Below are positions 43,120 to 60,330 of a stretch of 64,000 nucleotides of DNA, piece after piece. Source of the stretch: Callorhinchus milii. Lineage: Eukaryota. The notes beneath the pieces are model-generated. The model saw nothing but the letters and a program-made list of their open reading frames with translations. It searched no databases and was not told the origin of the DNA. Location of the stretch: positions 124,001 to 188,000 of the forward strand of contig NW_024704772.1 in NCBI RefSeq assembly GCF_018977255.1. The letters run 5' to 3'. The stretch's first letter is position 1, and each line of letters begins with the position of its first letter. A program made the translations under genes and the position numbers.

Positions 43120-44260
43120 CGGGCGGGGCGGGGCGGGCGGAGGTGAGGGTGGGGCAGAAGGTGGCGGAGGTGTGAGACTCCCAACAGGACGTCCCGTCAC
43201 CTAACAACCCTCAAACCCAGTCCGATTCCGGTCCGGCACGGACGGCGCGAGGGGCTCACAAGCCAAACGGCGGCCGCGGTCGGGCAGCGAGAGAAACCCC
43301 GCGGATCGAGCTCCGGGACCGACAACCACCGGAATAAAACCTGATCACCAAATAATCAGATAAATAACGGTTGCTCGGGGGCCGGGAGCGCGGGGGGCGC
43401 TGCGGGGGCCGGGAGCGCGGGGGGCGCTGCGGGGGGCGCTGCGGGGGCGGCGGATGCGGATAATCCTATTTTATGGGATCTTTATTGATTTTTATTATAT
43501 CTAAAAAAAAGATGGAAGAGTTGCCAGGTGACGTCACGCCTGGCCGCCCGGTGACGTCACGCCCCGCGCTCCAGAACTTTCCGCCGCGATTTTCCCGCTT
43601 TTTTCCCCCCACTCATAAAAGTCTCCGCCCCTCCCTCCCTGCCCCCCCCGGGCCCGCGTCCCCTCGAGACCAGAAGGAAGGTCGCTAACGGTTACCGTGC
43701 GGCGCCAGGGCGATAACACAACGCCTGTTGTTACCGGGCCTCGCGGCCACCGGATCAAACCGGTTCCAACCGGCCTCGAGCACCTCGTAGGTAGCGGAGC
43801 GCGTGCCTGAACAGAGTGGGGCGCGAGGCGAAAATAAATTGAAACAACCCCCCCCCCTCTTTATATACATCCCCCACCAGGAGAGAGCGTGAGGGGGAAA
43901 GGAATCAATAAAGAGAATCTGGTTTATAGAAATAAAATAAGAAGCCCCCGAGGAGGAGGAATGTATGTGACCGGGCTGGAGGCAGGCGCCACGCGGGCAG
44001 CCCTCGGGAGGGGTCCTGGCGGGGCGGAGGGTCCTGATGCCGCCATATTGCTGCCGCCTCTTGTTGTTCCTGTGGATGAGGAGCGGGAGCTCTCGGCACC
44101 GATTGATACACACACGGGGAGCCGCCGCCGCCACAGCAACACACACGGTAAGGCCTCGCCCCCTCACAAATACAGGCCCGGGGGAAGGCCTGAGTACGAA
44201 GCGCGGACACACAGGCAGTGCGGGCGGGAGGAGGGCAGGGTCCAGGTCCCGGCCCCGCCA
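43120..44260 (+). promoter_or_regulatory. CpG island; probable UBE2I promoter and non-coding first exon(s)
   Basis: High CpG density. Two palindromic CREs GTGACGTCAC at 43528-43537 and 43551-43560, CATAAAA at 43614-43620, candidate donors AG|GTAGCG 43790/43791 and CG|GTAAGG 44147/44148. The UBE2I ATG exon has an acceptor 17 nt before the ATG, so an upstream exon must exist. Confidence 0.7.
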
Positions 44261-47200
44261 CAGCCTCCAACCAGAGGGAGAGGCTGGGAGTGACTCTGGG
44301 CCTTTCCTCTCCACCAACATCCCTTCCTCCTCCCCCTCCCTCCCTCCATCACTCACTGTGTCTCCAGTGTTGCGCATTACATGTGCTCTGTGTGTGCGCC
44401 TTTCGCTGTATATATCTGTACTCTCTGTCTCACTGTGTGCGTGTCTCTTTACTTCCCTCTGTCTCACTGTGTGTGTCTGTGTCATTGTGTCTGAGAGCAT
44501 TTGTCTTGCGTTAACTTGGACATGCATAAAAGAAAGATTGGGAAGTACTCTTTCCCCCCCCCCCCTCCGCCACACTGTTCTGTCTCTCGCTTTATCTCCA
44601 TCCTTCATTAAGAATCTCTACTTGCTTAATACTTTCTCGTCGGGTTCTGTCTGCGAGTGTGTTTAGAATAAAAACTTAATTCGCTCTGAAATAAATAACT
44701 TTCTGAAAGTATTTCTTTGCTTTTGTTGGCTTTTATCACTTGCTCTTTTCCCACTATTGCATTGGGCATTACATGTGCTTTAAATTTTGTTCAGAGTAAT
44801 TTGAAGATTTGCTTTTTTTAAAAGAAACTTAGATTAACTTGAACTAAAAACTTTTCATTCACTCTTACTGGGCTCTTCACTTCCTGTCTTTCTCTTCCCA
44901 CCATTCCTCCCTCTAAACTTCATCATCTATGTATTATTTCTACTTGGCCTGTATTGTTTTGGATGATATCTACTTTGAAAAATAATTTTGAATTAAAATG
45001 GAAATGAATAGTTTCTTAAGTATCAATATCCTCACCAGGTTCTGTCCCTCATTCCTATATCATGGTTTGCAAATTCCACTTGTTCTATATTAAACTAGTA
45101 TTTGAACAGCCCCAGTGATGGGGAGATGGTATTGATGTGTGTGTGTGTTATACGTATATATAAAATAATCTTATCACCCAAAGAAATTCATTTAAGATTT
45201 ATGAGAAGTGTGATATGATCTAATTCTCAGTATCACTGTAGAGTTTTTTTGTGCATTGGATCTAATCATTGTTAAGTTGTGGTTTTATACCATATTGTGA
45301 ATCATATGACCAGTACTGTACGGAAGTTTCATTATCAGAATCTCATTCACTCATCTAAAACCGCAGGATGTAAATGTGAACCCTACGGTCTTTTATGATG
45401 AGATGCCCTGTTTAATGTTTGTGATTTTTTTGTGCACTAGTTTTCTTCTCCCCGTCTCCTGAAGGCACTGATGTGTGCAGTTGGTGCACTGGAAGCCCTC
45501 TGGTGCTTTGCTTAATCATTCTTCACGTTCTTCTTAGAAATGAGGTTGTTTGTGTGGGGGATCCTTTATTCCTTACACCCACAATTTCCATCTGGGATCA
45601 CTGGCAAGCGATGGAGGCTGCTGAAACACTTCCTGTCTTATTTTCTTCCCCTTCTCACCCTAGTGTTCGGATATTGAGGCCAATTGTAGCATCCCTACTG
45701 TCTGCCGCCTCGGTTAACAGCTATCTCAGTAGCCTGAGGCATTATATGGCTTATTGCTACCCGAGGCAGTACCTTCTTTCAGCCACTAGATCAGGGGATC
45801 CAGGGACCGCCTATTGGTCACTAGATCAATTTAGGAAGTGTTGGAAGTTGTCCTGTGCTAGCAGAGAATTGGAGTTGACGTACACAGGAAGAGACCGTGC
45901 CAGTGAGGATAAGGTGGTACCTAGCCAGTGCTCATTTCCTATGTTTTTCTTCCAGAAATCAAGGTGAAGGGCCAAGGCCAAAGTACAGAACACCATCAAT
46001 ACTGAAAGCAGTGACTGAGAGAACAAAGTGGTTAGAGACGCCAAGTTTAGATTCTAAAAGCCTGCTGATCGTGTGAGGAAGAAGCAATTGAGGGAGGTAA
46101 GGAATCTCACAGTCTTCAGGGGCTGGCTGAGTGGGAGAAAGTTCAGTGAAGGTGCAGGGAGGTGCTTTGCTTATTTAAATGGAGCATGGCTTAAGATTGT
46201 GAGGCATATTTAGTGTATCATACAGCACACATGGGGTGGAAGTATTGCATAGGCCATGATACCTTAAATGCAGGTAGATGTTAAGAAACCAGGGTCTCCA
46301 GAAAGAGAGAGTGAGTGTTTCTCCTGGTGTCCTGGCCAACAATTATCCATTCACTTTGTCTGAATGTTGGACATTGCCATGTGCAAATTGTTTGCTGAGT
46401 TTCACTGCAACCAAGTAGTAAGCTGCACTTTACAATATATCATTTTAACCCCTTTGACATATTTTGATGTCATAAGGCACTGCATCAAATTCAAGGATTA
46501 TTTGTTAAAACACTCACTATTTTAGTGCAACACAACCGTAGAAAAGGAAAATATCTTTGAAATGTCCAATTACCCTTGCTGCAAGAAATTCCATGTCCAA
46601 ATACATTTTGCTTTATTGCAAATGTAGTGATTGCAGCAATATAGTATCCTTGCATTCAGGAGAGACAATTGGCGGGTTACAGTTTCAGCTTGCCAAATGC
46701 TGTGCTGAATTTTGACCAAAGGGTGTTGTGTTGGGGGTGGGGGGGGCGGTGGTAGAGAGTTAATGTAGATGAGCTAAACAGAAAGTTAAGAAAGGAGCTG
46801 CAAGATCCTCTGGCGGGTGACAGAGGGTGCAGATTTAAGATAATTGGCAAAAGAACAAGAGGGGAAACGAGAAATTTATTTTACCCAGAGAGATGGTCTG
46901 GATTGCACTGCCTGAGGGCTATGTGGTAAGAGCGGGGGGAGTGGGACTAGTTGGTAGTTCTTTCAAAGAGCCAGCATGGGCACGATGGGCCGAATGGCCT
47001 TGTATACTGTAAGATTCTATGATTTCATGTCAGTACTGTATTTTGGAAGGGCTGGGTTTGAGGTGTACTGGCATCATTCATGACTGGCTTTCAGGTTGCT
47101 TTGTGTTTTGGGTCTGCTGAAGCTGGAAAGCCACCCATTACAGCTGGTCAGTTCATAGAAATTTACAGCCCTGTTAGAAACTTCCATCTTTAATTGCCTT

Positions 47201-48947
47201 GAAAAGCTATACAGTTGTGTGTTTCTCCATAGTATTAATGCAAGTTACCAACAATAAAAACAGTTTGCAAATTTTCTGACCTGGAAGAATCCAGGGTTGC
47301 AAAGAGGAGTAAGTAATGAGTGTGAGAGAGGATGTCGTTTGGACCCTTCTATGTCATTTGTAGTCCTCCATTAGAGGGAGGCATTGAGCAGAGGTGAAGT
47401 GCTTTTGGTCAGGGAAGGAAAGAACATGTTCAGGGTGAGATGTGAGAAGCCTGTTCTTGTTTGTCTTTTGGGACATAGGAACAGTAGAGTCCATTCACCA
47501 CCTCAAGCCTGTACCTCAACTCCAATTACTTGCTTTTGCCCCCTATCCCTTGATGCCCTTATCTAACAAACGTTTATCCAGCTCAGTCTTGAAAATTTGA
47601 ATGGATCCAGCAAGCATTTATTCTATGTTCCGAAATAGTATTTCCACAAGATGTAGTGAAATATAGCATACTGTGTTGTCTGGAGTGAATTAACCCAGGC
47701 CATGAATGTCTCTGGTTTGGTACTTGGTCACTTGGTCTGTGTTTAGATTCTCATTTGGAATTGCCCTCAGATGACTGAAGGCACGGTCGAAAAGGAACGT
47801 CTTGAGACTGACCTTGAAGGAGGGAAGGGGTGAAGCGGGAGCACCCTGGGATGGATTTCCAGAGGGTGGGGGCTGACTCCTGATAGTGGAGCAGACAAGT
47901 TGGGGAAAATTCAAATAAGATACTATTAATATAATATTATTAGAATAAGATACGTGCAGTGCTCTGTACAGCTGTGATGTACTTCGTAGATTTAGGCCCA
48001 TCAAGATCCCAAATGTTGGGGATTTCCAAAAGCAGCCTCCCGTGATTAAATAGTTTTGTCATTATATTCTGTGAAGCACTTTAGGATGTCTAGAAGACGT
48101 GAAAAGCGCTATATCAAATGCAAGTATTATTATTATGTGATCTTGACACTTCCACAAGTGGTAAGTGACAGTTAGAGTTACGTGGGGTGTCTGAAAGTCT
48201 GGGTAACTGCAGTTAGTCCTCTAGGGACATCTGCTTCCACATTTTGCTCCATAAACAGCAGAAAGACATCTACTGGATCTTAATCTGTTACAAGTCTCCG
48301 CTATCATAGGAACACACACATGTGTTTGCACACAAAATATACAGTCAATTCACTTTACAGTATATTCTGTGAAGTGCTTTGAGACGTCTCGAAGATGTGA
48401 TAAGGTGCTTTATCAAATTCAAGGATTATTGTTATTCTGTATATAATAAACGGGTGATGGATAGTTGAAGATATAATAATAGTGAGGTGTATACTTCAGT
48501 GGTTGCAGCAGACCCTCTCTTGTCAAGATCATTCTATGAGCTACACAAATGAAGGACATCCATCGCCTCAGATTGGGATTGAGCCCATCTTTCCCTTTGG
48601 GATGTCAGTTGACCTGAATGGGTCTCCAGCCTTTTTGTTAAGTATTTAAAATGGCAATGGTACTGGCTTCTGTAAGCTTTTATCATCAAGCTCAATCTGT
48701 AGCTCATCTTGTCTGCTGGAAGAGCTACTCCACTTATTTTTGACAATTTTTAAAAAATGCAAAGTGCCCCATTAAATCACGCCTCTTCTTCTTTCCCCCC
48801 CCCCATACAAATACACACCAGCCAATTTGTTCTCCCTCGTTAGTAACTGCAAAAATATCACATTTCAATAGTTTTGTCCTTAAAACTGTTGCGTGCTTGG
48901 AGTCAGTGTTGGCTGGGCTGAGGTGTGCAGCTGGCTTTTCCTTCCCC

Positions 48948-49282
48948 TAAGAATAATAATAATAATAATAATAATCCTTGCATTTGATATAGCGCTTTTC
49001 ACGTCGGGAGGACTTCCCAAAGCGCTTCACAGAACAAACTGTAAAGTGAATTGACTGTATATTTGTGGGCGAACGCGGCAGCCAATTGCGCACAGCAATG
49101 TCCCACAAACAGGCGTAGATTGAAAATGACCAATTTATTATTGTTTTGGTTTTGGAGGGATTATTATTAGGCTCTGTGTGGAGTAAGGAAACTTGCCCAA
49201 GGTTTCGCCCTCTGCCTGGAATTGAACTCAGGTCTCCCGCTTGCAAAGTGAGTGCTCTAACCACTGAGCTACAGGACTCCAC
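48948..49282 (-). mobile_element. Full-length tRNA-derived SINE
   Basis: Head gtggagtcctgtagctcagtggttagagcactcac...gagttcaattccagg (A and B boxes), body, and (tta)n tail. Confidence 0.9.
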
Positions 49283-51157
49283 ATGGTTGGGGGAGGGGGG
49301 GTTATAACTGTCATGCTCCCACACTGACATGGAGGGAAAAAAAACTATGGACATGCAATTGTATCTGGGAGCTTGCCAATCAAACCTCCAGTGATTTCAC
49401 TAGAGGTTCTCAATCTTAACATGCAATGTGGTCAGGTTGCTCTCAACCCGTTTTTATTCACAAAGGATGTGAAAACATAAACTTCAGGATCATAACTGGG
49501 ATTTTTTTCTCTAACTTTTTTTGTAACATTCAATACATTTCTCATGATGCACTTTATCAAAAATAAGTTGACAGCCTATTTTATCTGTGTATTTGATCAT
49601 CACTGGAACATCTCTCCTGAAACTGTTTTTCTCTCTTCTGGGTGACAGTTTCCACACTTTGATATGTCACTTGAGTGAGTGGTCATTCATTCATGCGTGA
49701 ATATTGTAGGCGAATGGCAGCAGATTATTCAACTGTGAGAAGACATTAAAGCTTTCAGCATGATCTGATTGTGTCGTCCCCAATAGTTGCAGGTACCAGC
49801 TCCAGTAGGAGTCTGCGGCTAACAGTCAGCAAGCAGGGAGTTCTGGCTGAATCCCCCTCGCTGCCCTTATCTAGATCATTCAGGCCAATTGTTATTCCCC
49901 CTAACTCAGCGTAGTGCGTGGGACTTTCCTGGGTCGTAGGTCAGTGACTTACTTACTGGATTAAAGTGCCGCGTATCTTTGGAGCGGAATCATTTTATGT
50001 TTGTGTTGTTAACTTCATCCCGTTGTGTAGGTTAGAACAAATGTTAGGAAGGAAACTGGACTTAGAGCAGATAACTCCATTGGGGAGAGGGAGTAAGTAC
50101 AGCACAGGAGCTTCAGGAAGAATGGATACATTGCAGACATTTAATCAGCAAAGATTGCAGTCAAGTCTATGCTATTAAATACTTTGTTAAAGAATATAGA
50201 ATCTTTTGCCAGTTGTGAGATGTGAATTGGGAATGGGTGGTGACACAGGTTTAGCTGATTTCATTATGTATTCCTTCCCCTGATTGTAGAGCTGACAGTC
50301 ACCATGGTGGAGGCATGAGCTATCGTTACTGACACTGTCCATATATCCATGTCCTGATGGTTTAGCCCATGTGATATTGGAGGGGATGGGGAAGCAGGTT
50401 GTGTATTATGGGTGGGCCAGTGAGGAGCCTGAAAGTATATCGCAATAACTTCAAATCTGTTCTCCTGATTTTGAGCTGTAAAGATTTGGTGTGAAACATT
50501 CCTTTCTCCTGATTAGGTGGATTCCCAAACCTACCTGGGAACAAATTGAATATTGAATTCAATAAGGCAGAATTGTAGTTTGTCTGCTGTTTCGAGAACT
50601 TGTCTAAGAACTTCTATTCCCTTTACAAATGTCTCTTTATTCACCTTTATTTCTTTCCTATTTGTTTATCAATTAGTTTCTCTTTCCTCTTTTTAGTGGA
50701 TATCTGGGATTTACACTGTAGGTGGACAGGGTCATCACATTCAGGAGAAGCTGGTTTGTCTGTCTCATTTGAATAGAATAAGAAATCTTTCATAGCATAT
50801 AGCATTAACCAACCTCTTGAGTCCTATAAAGTGCAATGATCTTTTAAAGTTCTGTTTCCTTTCTTTTCACTCGGTCATTGGAGAATTGATTTGAACAAAT
50901 GTGAACGCAAAGTGTAAATGAGTGGAAATTAACCCTTGATTATAACTTGTGTTTATCGCCAACAAAATAAAGTCACTACACTTTACAGTATATCCTGTGA
51001 AGTGTTTTGAGACGTCTCAAAGAAATGATAAGGTGCTATATCAAATGCAAGTATTATTATAGTGCATTTCAAGTAAAAGCGCTTCACAGAATAATGTTGA
51101 AGAGTGAGTGGTACATGAGCAAGTTATATTTACTAGTTTTTTTTTACAGGTGACTGA

Positions 51158-53890
<2,733 letters not shown>

Positions 53891-56800
53891 AAACAAACCA
53901 ACAACAAAAAAAAGATGTGGATTTCTGACTGTCGGTGGAGAAAAGGAGGCATGCTTTTACATTTAGCAAGTTCCTGTTACAACCAATTGGCTGTCTTTTG
54001 GGGGGAAAATAGTTTGCATCATTACTTGGACAATTCTAGTTTACAACTACTACAACGACAACAACAAAAAAATGACTCCAATCTTCTCAGCACAAAACTT
54101 GCTGTGTTTCTTTCTGTGACGGCCGTAGTAAACTGGTTATTAAAACAAAGCCTTAATTTTCAGTGGCTGATCGGTCGATCGATTGGTCTTCAAAGTAGAA
54201 TATGTGGTAGTCAGAATCGCGGCTCCAAATGTAATGCTGGCTGACTAGCGAAATGTAGTTGGATTCTTTTTTTCAACCTGGTTAGCCAGTTTTACGTCCA
54301 GTAGGAAAGGTTTTTCACCTGTGTCCACACACCCTGGGGTATAGTTACCACCTCCAGGTGCCTTCACCAGGAGGGAGATTTTAAGAGCAGAGAAAGTGAG
54401 AACAGTTATATGCAAAACTCACTTCACGATATTATGAGCTGTGTTTTTTTTTGCTCAAAAAAAATTTGTGTCAAGTTTTACCAGAGAGCGAGACTTGGAA
54501 GTCCTGTAATAAACTTATTGTCTTAAGTATTGTATTTAAAACTTTAATAAAATTCACTTTCTGTCCATCCACTCCTTTCCTCGGTCAGTCACTGTATACA
54601 ATTCCTCTGGGAGGTTGCAGTTGCTGAGCCTAGTTCAGTGAGACCTGCAGCTTGTTGCTGAGTGTCAGCCTGTCTGGCTGCCAGGGATTTGCCTCACTTC
54701 AGTGTGAGAACTTGCTCAGGTCCTCAGTGTGGTGGGATTTGGTTTTAAATGCATTTTTAAAAAAATAAATAAATCAATTTCGATGACTCCAGTTGAAACG
54801 AGAACTTGTGTATCACCTGCTGTGGTTAGTCTTGTCAGCTGCTCTCACTTTTTTTTATTTGCTCTGGATTTCCTCCTACCCGCCCACAGCTTCTGATTGC
54901 AATGTCCTTACTGGAAAATCGAAGGAGCCATTTAAACAATTTGTGGCAGCAATACCCGTGTTTGTAATCTGGAAAAGTATCTCCCTTTGGCTGAAGGTGT
55001 GAAGCTGTGTATGTTTAGTGAGCAGGTGCTGCTCTCCTAAAGACTGGTTTGAGACGGGCAACGAGGCTTTGGTTACGGTCGCCTCGCCGTGGCTTGAGAC
55101 CGACATTTAGCTGTTCCCGAAAGGCTTTTTCTCCCATCTTTAGACGGTGGTGTTTCTTTTTGGTGGGAGACATGTTTTGATCAGTAATTGTCAGTGTTGT
55201 AAAGCAGTCAAACATTTTGCAAAGGGATTGTAGCTTCTTTGGTTGTCGCGAAGACGTTTGGAGCGGAAAAACTAGACCAAGAATTATCTGGAAAAGTATG
55301 TTGACTGATGCTCCTTTTGTTTTAAAGGGGAAAGGAAAATCTTTTTTGGAATTTTGAATGAATGGGATCTTGGACTGGTCTGTTTCAAATCTATAGAATA
55401 CATGCAGTATTATAAATTTTCAGTCTTGGTGTGAAACTTGGTATCTGCTTGGCAAATACGCAGTTGTGGCTTGCAATTCCCAGGATTTGGAAGAAGGTTA
55501 ATTGGGAAAGGAGGGAGGGGGCAGTAGAAAGGTGTTTGCAGACAGTTTTACTACTTGCTGGGCCTTTAGAAATTGTTTGGTTTGTGCGTTGGAATGTACT
55601 ACATCTGTAAGCATAAGTTGTCAACATTGCATTTGAAAGTGTATACTTTACTTGCTGACTTGATTCATTACCTGTGTACAGCGTGATCAAATAACTCCTA
55701 CCAGGAATGTTTAGGTGAATTACAGATGCTTAAGATGGCCCTGGTGAGTCTGTAGCTGTAACAGTCCTCCAGTTTGCATTGCTCCAGTTTCACTTTGGGC
55801 TGGGGATGCTGTGCTTCACTGTAAAATGATTGCGTTGCCTCCTGTTTGAAAGTTCCTCCTGATTCCTTGTGGATAGAACTCTGCTTAAAAACATTTACAG
55901 CCCCTTCAGATTGCAAAGCATTTCAGAATTCTACACTGAACCTTGTTCTAAATCAGAGAGAGACGCTGTGTGTTGTTGAGCAGGGAGTAATACGTTGGAT
56001 TGTATTTTCTGCATCGTTGATTCTGGTCATAAATTGGAAGTGTAGCTCCTCTAATCTGTCACTTTCTTCCCCAGCAATGTCCACACTCACTCCCATGCGA
56101 TTCTCCACTTGGGGTGCGAGTGTGTGTCTTTGTTCTTTTTTCAATATATAAAAATTACCACGAGACGATCCAAAGCTCAAGTCACCTGGCATGAAATCAG
56201 GCTAAAGTTTATCCTTTTTGCTTTAAATAAAGGTTCTGTTAGCTTTAGTATTAGTGTCCTGGTGAAGCAGCTGAGAGCACTTGGGAGTAGATCTCAGTGT
56301 CTGTAGGATTTTCACCATTCACAGGGTCACCCGCAGGTTTCACTCACCCTGAGATAAAACTAGCTTGGTTCATACTTTTTTTTAATGGGGGAAGTAAAAA
56401 TTCAATGGCCAGTGATCCGTCTCTTGTGTGTAAACTATGTGCTGGTGTTTTACATTCTCTGCAGTATGTGTGCACATTGTTGAAGATTGAAAGATGGATT
56501 GTGTTTGTGTAAAATGTCTCATTGACTTGCCCACGTTTTTGCGATTGAGCTGGATTTGGTTTCTCAAACAATAATTACTGGTATCTAAAGCCTGTCAGTC
56601 CTGGTTAGCAGTTATGTTGGCTTGTGGTGACTTTTCCTGGTAGGATAAGTTTGCTATTTGCTGTAGTGGAGCATTTGGGTGTGTACAGTGTTAGAAACTT
56701 TTGAAGACCACTTCTGGTTCCATAGAAGAAAAAAAGGGATTTTTTTTTTGTTCTTGTTTTAAAGATATATTACAAAATTGTTCCCCCTATCAAACTTTCT

Positions 56801-59800
56801 GGTCTACGTTGCTTAGCTGGGAAGTAATATCATAGTTTAACATAATGCAAAAAAAATTAGGAGCGGAGGTGGCTGGTCAATAAGATCTCACTTTCTTGTG
56901 AAATCTCAAAGCTCAGCAAACTTCAATCCTGAATCCATTCCAGTTGTCTCCTGTCCCTCCCCACCAACAAGTACTTGCTAAATTTATAAACCAAACACCC
57001 TGGGAATATTGGCGGGTCACTTTCTTTGTTTATATTTTTTGATGGATAAAGTGACAAATTCATTAAAAAAAACCCAATATTCCAGGGTGGTGCTGTAAAC
57101 TTGTACAATACTTTTATATCTTTTTTCATAGTTCATTGGAGTCTTGAGTATGAAATGGGTGTGTCTTTAGAATACATGCTGATTTTAATGTTTCCTTGCC
57201 CCCCTGCCCCTAACCCCTCCTCTCTTTCTCCCCAACCCCCAGAGAGGAATAAACAAACCAATAAATAAATTAACGGCTGGTTGTAATGGTCGCCTCTTGC
57301 ATGGCCCTCTAGTGCGATCTGGTTCGAGGAGCATTCTGTGTCCTTAAAGTGTCACTTATGTCACCATGTTGTAGAGAACAGCGAGGAGAACTGGGAGCTG
57401 AGAACCTTTACTGTGTTTGGGGGCAGCATAGAATCTGTCAAGTGAGCGAGCAAAGGGATATCACAGTGATCAGGGATCTTCATGCCTTTTCCATGCGACC
57501 ACCCTCTCCACAAAAAAACTATACTCATCCTCATGTCAGAAATTAAGTCCGAAATGATGGTATCTGCTTGACGTGTTGTGTGTGGCCAACCAGGGTGTAA
57601 TAGTTTTGAGCGTGGCGCCAAGCATTGTATGTAAAAGCCCTTGAGTTACATGTGAAGGGAGTTCTCTAGATATCAAATGTTATTTCTTTTTGTAGATTTA
57701 ATTGTCTGAATTTTGTAATTGCTTTTAGTTAGATTTGTTAGGAAGTTAGCATTAGGACATTATTTTGGGTGCTTACCTCCTCTACTCCCTCTCTCACTCT
57801 TCTCCCCTCAAGCCCCAACCCACCACCTTTCCGATTATCCTGCATTCAAAGCTGCAGGACTCAATACTTTGCTTTTAAACGTGTACTTATCAGTTCTCCC
57901 CAAGGTTTGGGGTGCAGAGAAACCAATTTCACTACATGTGTTGAATTGTGCAGCTTAACCAGAACAAAGCTAGGATTAAAATTACACCAATGTTTTGCTC
58001 CTATGGATTAAGGTTTTTTTTCCAGCTGGAATAGGTATCGATGAAGCGTTTATGGCAAAGCACCTGTTTGGACAGTTTTTCAAACTTTTTGTGAGGTATT
58101 TTCCCCCCTCTCCCCCCTCATAATATTTTTATATGTTTAAAGACTTGAGTGCAGTTGAAATCCAGAGTCCTGTTGGGGGCTCAACTTTTCAGGCTGCAGA
58201 ACTAGCGTGAGACGGAGCGCAGAATCCCTCGGCTGTTCTGCCGATATTAACCGCAAGCTAAACTTGTAACCTTTTTATAAATACACGGGTATCTGTTGGA
58301 GTCTGTCTGTGGGAAGCGGCTGCACAAGAAGCTTCTGTAGATGAGCTTGGTCTGGTGAGTGTATCAATGGTCTTTAATTAATTAATAAATAAATAAAAAC
58401 CACACATGGGGTCGGACTTAAACCCACTGTCGACTGATCCGTTGCTAAATGGCTTGTCTGTCTTCTCGGGCCAATTTGGGGTCCGGTTGTGTGAGCCGTA
58501 TTGTTCTGTAGTGTAATAATTACAATATGGTGGAATGTGAAACATTTTTTGACATAGAATCTGCTATCTTCCCAAGCATACCTTATATTGTTTTCCCCAA
58601 AGGCCATGTTTGTTCTCCCCCTATCTCCTGCTTGCCCGAAAAGCCCAAACTGTTAATATTGAAAAGCAAGAAAAACGCGCTTGGTTTAAAATAAGTCAAA
58701 GAAATAATAAATAAAAATCTTAATGAATGGAAAGTTTTTTTTAAAAAAAACAAAGTGAAGAAATCATTCCATTGTTCATGTACCGTTTCAGCACACGCAC
58801 CATTTCAATCACGGATACCTCTGTTTGTATGCTGTTTGTTAATGTATTTGTGTTTAGAAAAAGAAATTAAAAATGGCAAAGTAAACCATGATCTCTTCTG
58901 TGTGTTTCTTGTTCACAGATTTAACTTAAAAGAAATCTTTGCACTTCGGTTGTGGTCTCCCTCGAACCTTGGTGTGACTCATTTTTATACCTTGATTTTG
59001 GATCAGGTTTAGAATTGATCCCCGTCACTGCGGAGGTGATTTGGCAGGTAAAAGCCCCTCCGGAGAGCAGTCCAGCTGGGCAATGCTTTCCAATCGCTGA
59101 AGCGATTTCAGACATCTCAAATGCGATAAGGCGCTATATCGCTCTGAACTATACAGTCAATTCACTTTACAGTATATCCTGTGAAGCGCTTTTGAGAGTC
59201 TTGAAGACTTTAAGTGCTATATCAAATGCATGGATGCCCCTCTGCCCCTTCCCTCACTATTCCCATGTTATGTTATGGCCGGGGTTGGTGGGGGGGGAAG
59301 AAGGGAGCAAGAGTGGTCTGTTTGTGTGCTGTTTCGCTCTGCGTTTCCCTTTCCTGCTCTCTCTCCACCCGAAGGCCGTGTAACAATAATAATACTTGCA
59401 TTTGACCCAAAAGCTTTTTTTTTCTCTCTCTCAAGCGTTGAGGTGTCATGACCAGTTTGTTCCACAGGAGGACAGCATTAGCTGCCAGTCTTTGCCCAGA
59501 TCCCTCAATGTAACTGGAATGGTGATCAATGGGAGCGTTGCATTGCACTGGAGGCCATTCAGCCCATTGCAGCTTTTGAAAGAGCGACGCAAATTAATAG
59601 AGGAACCTCAAAGTCTGGACAGGTTTGTCAATGAGAAAACTGCTGTGTAAGTGCAATTTGTTGTACCCTTGATATTCAGATCAAGTACAAATTTACATGT
59701 TACAGGCTTCGGCTGAATACACAAAGCATTTATTTAGATAGTACACCTTCACGTGGGATAATGACAGGGTTGGAGGCCGAGCAAGGGAGAACGGGAGGAT

Positions 59801-60179
59801 AAACCGTCACTACCCTTGAAAACAATTACTGTTGAGCACAAATAATAATAATAATAATAAACCTTGCATTTGATATAGCGACTTAATCACATCTTCGAGA
59901 CATCTCAAAGCGCTTTACAGAATATGCCAGTTCATAAGTGTCAATAAGGTTTTGTAGGACATAATCAGCTTAATTAAATACCTAACCAATATTACCAATA
60001 AATAAAATTATATCATCAGTAAAACATAAAGCAAATAGGATTAAGGCAGAGAATAAAACAATGCGGTATAATAAACAGCTTTTTCCACAGATTAAGTTAA
60101 ACTAAATATAATTGAGCTAAACAAATAACTAAAGATCATCAGTGATTATTATCAATAAGAGTTCAGGTTCAGACCGACA

Positions 60180-60330
60180 GGAGGAGCAGTGACCATTGTC
60201 ACCAGCAGGTGGCAGGCTCGGGGTTGGCGCGTGCGCACTCGGCCCCTCCAGGGCCACAGGAAGTAGAACCAATTCGCGCCGCCGGAAGTGCAGTGAGTGC
60301 GCGCGAACGTCAACCGTCAAAGTGGTGAGA
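60180..60330 (+). promoter_or_regulatory. Small CpG-rich promoter-like element with CTCF and ETS motifs
   Basis: CCAGCAGGTGGCAG at 60202-60215, CAGGAAGT, CCAAT, CCGGAAGTG ~60282, candidate donor TG|GTGAGA ~60325. Confidence 0.5.

Noticed and set aside
43685-44666. 307-aa (-) and 209-aa (+) ORFs in the CpG island, including as a possible TST gene
   Set aside because: No rhodanese or other recognisable motif; stop-poor GC-rich sequence.
48948-49282. tRNA gene from the tagctcagtggttagagc motif
   Set aside because: The head runs into a multi-copy SINE body and tail, and there is no complete cloverleaf.
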